A stretch of 61,627 nt of DNA, filler included, from Gonapodya sp. JEL0774 (taxonomy: Eukaryota): the NCBI GenBank assembly GCA_027604505.1. It is 16 parts of 16 records of this genome, joined end to end, with 100 filler letters (N's around TTAATTAATTAA, not from the genome) between each part and the next. Parts side by side here need not be neighbours in the genome. Positions count along the whole stretch, not along the records: positions 54,049 to 57,788 come from JADIIX010001162.1; positions 57,889 to 61,627 come from JADIIX010001163.1; 14 more parts are not named here. One strand, written 5' to 3'. A program made the translations under genes and the position numbers. Of the stretch, positions 57,151-61,627 are shown in pieces. The notes under the pieces are model-generated. The model did no database searches. It was not told where the DNA came from and worked only from the letters and a program-made list of their open reading frames with translations. The stretch's first letter is position 1. Each line of letters begins with the position of its first letter.

Positions 57151-57432
57151 AAACATCTGCTTGCATCATTTGGTCAACTTTCTCATCTTTTCCGTATTGT
57201 TTTTCGTTGATAGCTGCTGTGTCCGGCTCGTTGCGCTGGGCATGTCGATCAGCAGCAGATTTACCTGTTCGTTTGCTTATCACTTCCACAACATGTTAAT
57301 TCAAATAATCACAATAATATTCCCCATTCAATGTACCGGGGGCATTCCAAATGTGTGGACTGTGGAAGCAATCGTGTTTAAATGCTAACCCAATTATGCT
57401 CACACAATAAATAAAAGCTCCAGTTCTTGATT

Positions 57433-57788
57433 TTAGCCGCCCTTAGTACTACCTGGTGGCGAATTCCCCTCCAGTGTCCGTTCTGGATTTACATTTGAAG
57501 CTGGCACGCCGACAAGTTTCCTATCAGACGAACGCGCAGCGTGTCCCATACCGCCGAACATCCACGTCCACCAACCACCCAGTCCACTTGCCGTTGACTT
57601 ATGCGGCGCCTCTTCTGGGTTTCCCGGGTCAAGCACGATGATGACTTCCTTTGTTCTGCTCTCACCAATGCTACCGCTCACATTCCCTCGTTCAAACGCA
57701 TCTCGTCCCTGCTTCGGCCCATGGTACGCTGCTACTTCCCCCCTCCTCACTTGTTCCGGATCCTCCTCCAACACCTTGCCCAGTCCCG
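57433..57788 (-). CDS. 3' end of a hypothetical protein
   Basis: Frame open from near the contig end to a stop at 57433, followed by an AT-rich 3' region. Confidence 0.35.
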
Positions 57789-57888
57789 NNNNNNNNNNNN
57801 NNNNNNNNNNNNNNNNNNNNNNNNNNNNNNNNTTAATTAATTAANNNNNNNNNNNNNNNNNNNNNNNNNNNNNNNNNNNNNNNNNNNN

Positions 57889-59260
57889 GGAGACGAGGTC
57901 CAGTCGGTTCTACATGTCCACCATGGTCTAGGAGAATCCTGAGAACTTCCATTGTCTCCGAATTGCTCCCGCGGGCGTACTCGGAGATATGGGTGGCAGC
58001 CAAATAAACTGGTGTTTGACCCGAGGAGTCCACTGCGTTTGGGTCACTGTTGTGCTGTAACAATAAAAGAACAGTGTCCTTGAAGGGTCTCTCGCATTGC
58101 ACTGCATAATGCAAAGGCGTCCTTCCAAGCTGGTCCCTCAGCCCCACATCCGCACCAAACTCAAGAAGAAGCGGAGTGATTCCATCTTGAATATCAACCC
58201 CTGCGCGCGTCTTGACAATTCTTTCGATCCAACAATGAAGTGGAGTCTTCCCATCGCTAGACTTGGCGTTTACCTCTGCTCCTGCGGCCAAAAGCTGCCG
58301 CATGACACGGATGTTGCCTTGAGTCAGTGCGTAATGCAGGACTGTTGAACCGTCCGAGGAGCGTGCACGAACGTCTGCTCCATGCTGCAGGAGAAAGCTC
58401 ACTTTGGATTTTCCAAACCCCACCATCAGGCATGTCATGTTCCGCCCATAGTTTTGATAGTTTGGCCAAGAGCACTTCGCGTTCACGTCAGCACCTTTTG
58501 TAATGAGATATTCCATTATCGTAGTGTCGTCTGAGTGGTTCTGACAAGACCTGAACAAAGCCACATTCAACTCATCCGGATCGTTCCCCCCAACGCCACC
58601 GAGTTCCATAACTGCCTTCAAAAACCTCACACTGTCAGAATTCAATGCAAAGGACAGCGCGCGATCCTTTTCGCTCGGCGGAATTGTCCCACCCCTCTCC
58701 AGAAGTACTTCTAGAACAGAGGTCTTGCGTCGATTAAGGGCATACATAACACTGTCCTGCTCCTCTATCCACGTCCGCCCTGAATTCTCTTCCTCAAATG
58801 CTAATCTAAATCGCTCTGGGATGCAATGATGATCCATGAGGAGTCGTAGGAGTTCGCCATTGTCGCTGTTGATTATACGCAACACAACATCCGGTGTTTC
58901 TACGAACTGTGACCAGTAAAAGCGGATTGAATTCCTGACTTTGGCATTCTGCATCAACTTCGATAAAGATGGGATAGCACGTGGTGCCGTGATGGCTCGA
59001 GAAATCTCGCAACGAGCGGCTACTATCGCAGGGTCGCGCTCCGGGTGGCGCCATCCCTTGGAAAAATATTCACGTTGAAGTTGTCGTTGCCGAGCGATGG
59101 CCCGGGCTGCAACCGTCGAGGGGTCCCCCAGAAGATCGTAGAGATATCGCGAGAGCGCTTTCGTGGGGAGTCCCAACGGATATTCGTGCCATAAAATGGA
59201 CATGAGGAGGAGAATACTCGGTGGGATTCGTAGAAGAAGAGAGCGCTCGTTTGTGAGCAT
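57889..59260 (-). CDS. Ankyrin-repeat protein with an N-terminal F-box-like helix, 3' truncated, intronless
   Basis: Repeats GSTVLHYA...LLAAGAEVNAK, GKTPLH, GRTPLHYAV...LLQHNSDPNAVD and GQTPVYLAA. N-terminal SLLLRIPPSILLLM. Confidence 0.92.
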
Positions 59261-59618
59261 GTTGCGGCAGTGTGCGCTCGCTGAATGTATAACTCAGCCG
59301 CCAAAAATGGCTGGGGTTGTCAGTGCAATGACGATTAGTTTGTGTGGGTTTGATGTTCCACAGCATGCATGCACTGATCGGGGGCAAGCACTAAGGCACG
59401 TGCGAACTGAACTCGGCCACCCCAGCACCGGAAAATATTAATGAGCAGGTGCATTCCACCAGAAAGACCGTAAGTGCAAAGTATAGAAACAATTTCGAGA
59501 CTAAGAAGAGTAATGCGGTGCTGATGCCCAGGAGAACTGTCGTCACTTGGCTAGGATATGCAGATGTGCTTTTTCTCGGTATCCATAGAATCTAGTACAT
59601 GTTTCTATCTCGAAAACA

Positions 59619-61627
<2,009 letters not shown>

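Noticed and set aside
3782..57888. Periodic TTAATTAATTAA palindrome every ~3.86 kb, and ORFs ending in XXXLIN
   Set aside because: Artificial six-frame-stop linker between contigs. No gene neighbourhood across spacers is meaningful.

Overview
This window is not one locus. It is 16 unrelated contigs of about 3.74-3.78 kb, sorted by decreasing length and joined by an artificial 100-bp spacer (N44-TTAATTAATTAA-N44). The contigs are 1-3781, 3882-7657, 7758-11533, 11634-15406, 15507-19274, 19375-23141, 23242-27002, 27103-30859, 30960-34711, 34812-38562, 38663-42413, 42514-46262, 46363-50108, 50209-53948, 54049-57788 and 57889-61627. The DNA is eukaryotic and intron-rich. The gene set (fungal-type SCS7, DHA2 MFS and bZIP, plus a Crinkler effector and a phosphorylase-kinase regulatory subunit) suggests an early-diverging, chytrid-like fungus (inference). 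Recognisable genes: SF3A2, transaldolase, PheRS alpha, ASH2/Bre2, fatty-acid 2-hydroxylase, OSBP-related protein, ABCC transporter, MFS transporter, FAD monooxygenase, bZIP factor, DOMON-cytochrome b561, ankyrin protein and a divergent kinase. Mobile DNA: a Copia gag cut by a probable CACTG DNA-transposon end, and a decayed DIRS element. The most notable observations are three. (1) Contig 2 carries what looks like the C-terminus of a giant-virus D5-like helicase, spliced orphan genes, and an array of imperfect palindromes embedded in (GRGGAT)n hexamers that resembles a viral origin or enhancer. (2) An ILEI/GG lectin-like domain is inserted in the phosphorylase-kinase subunit. (3) A membrane-anchored protein ends in a cerato-platanin/expansin hybrid domain. 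All family calls are by eye from motifs; no searches were run.
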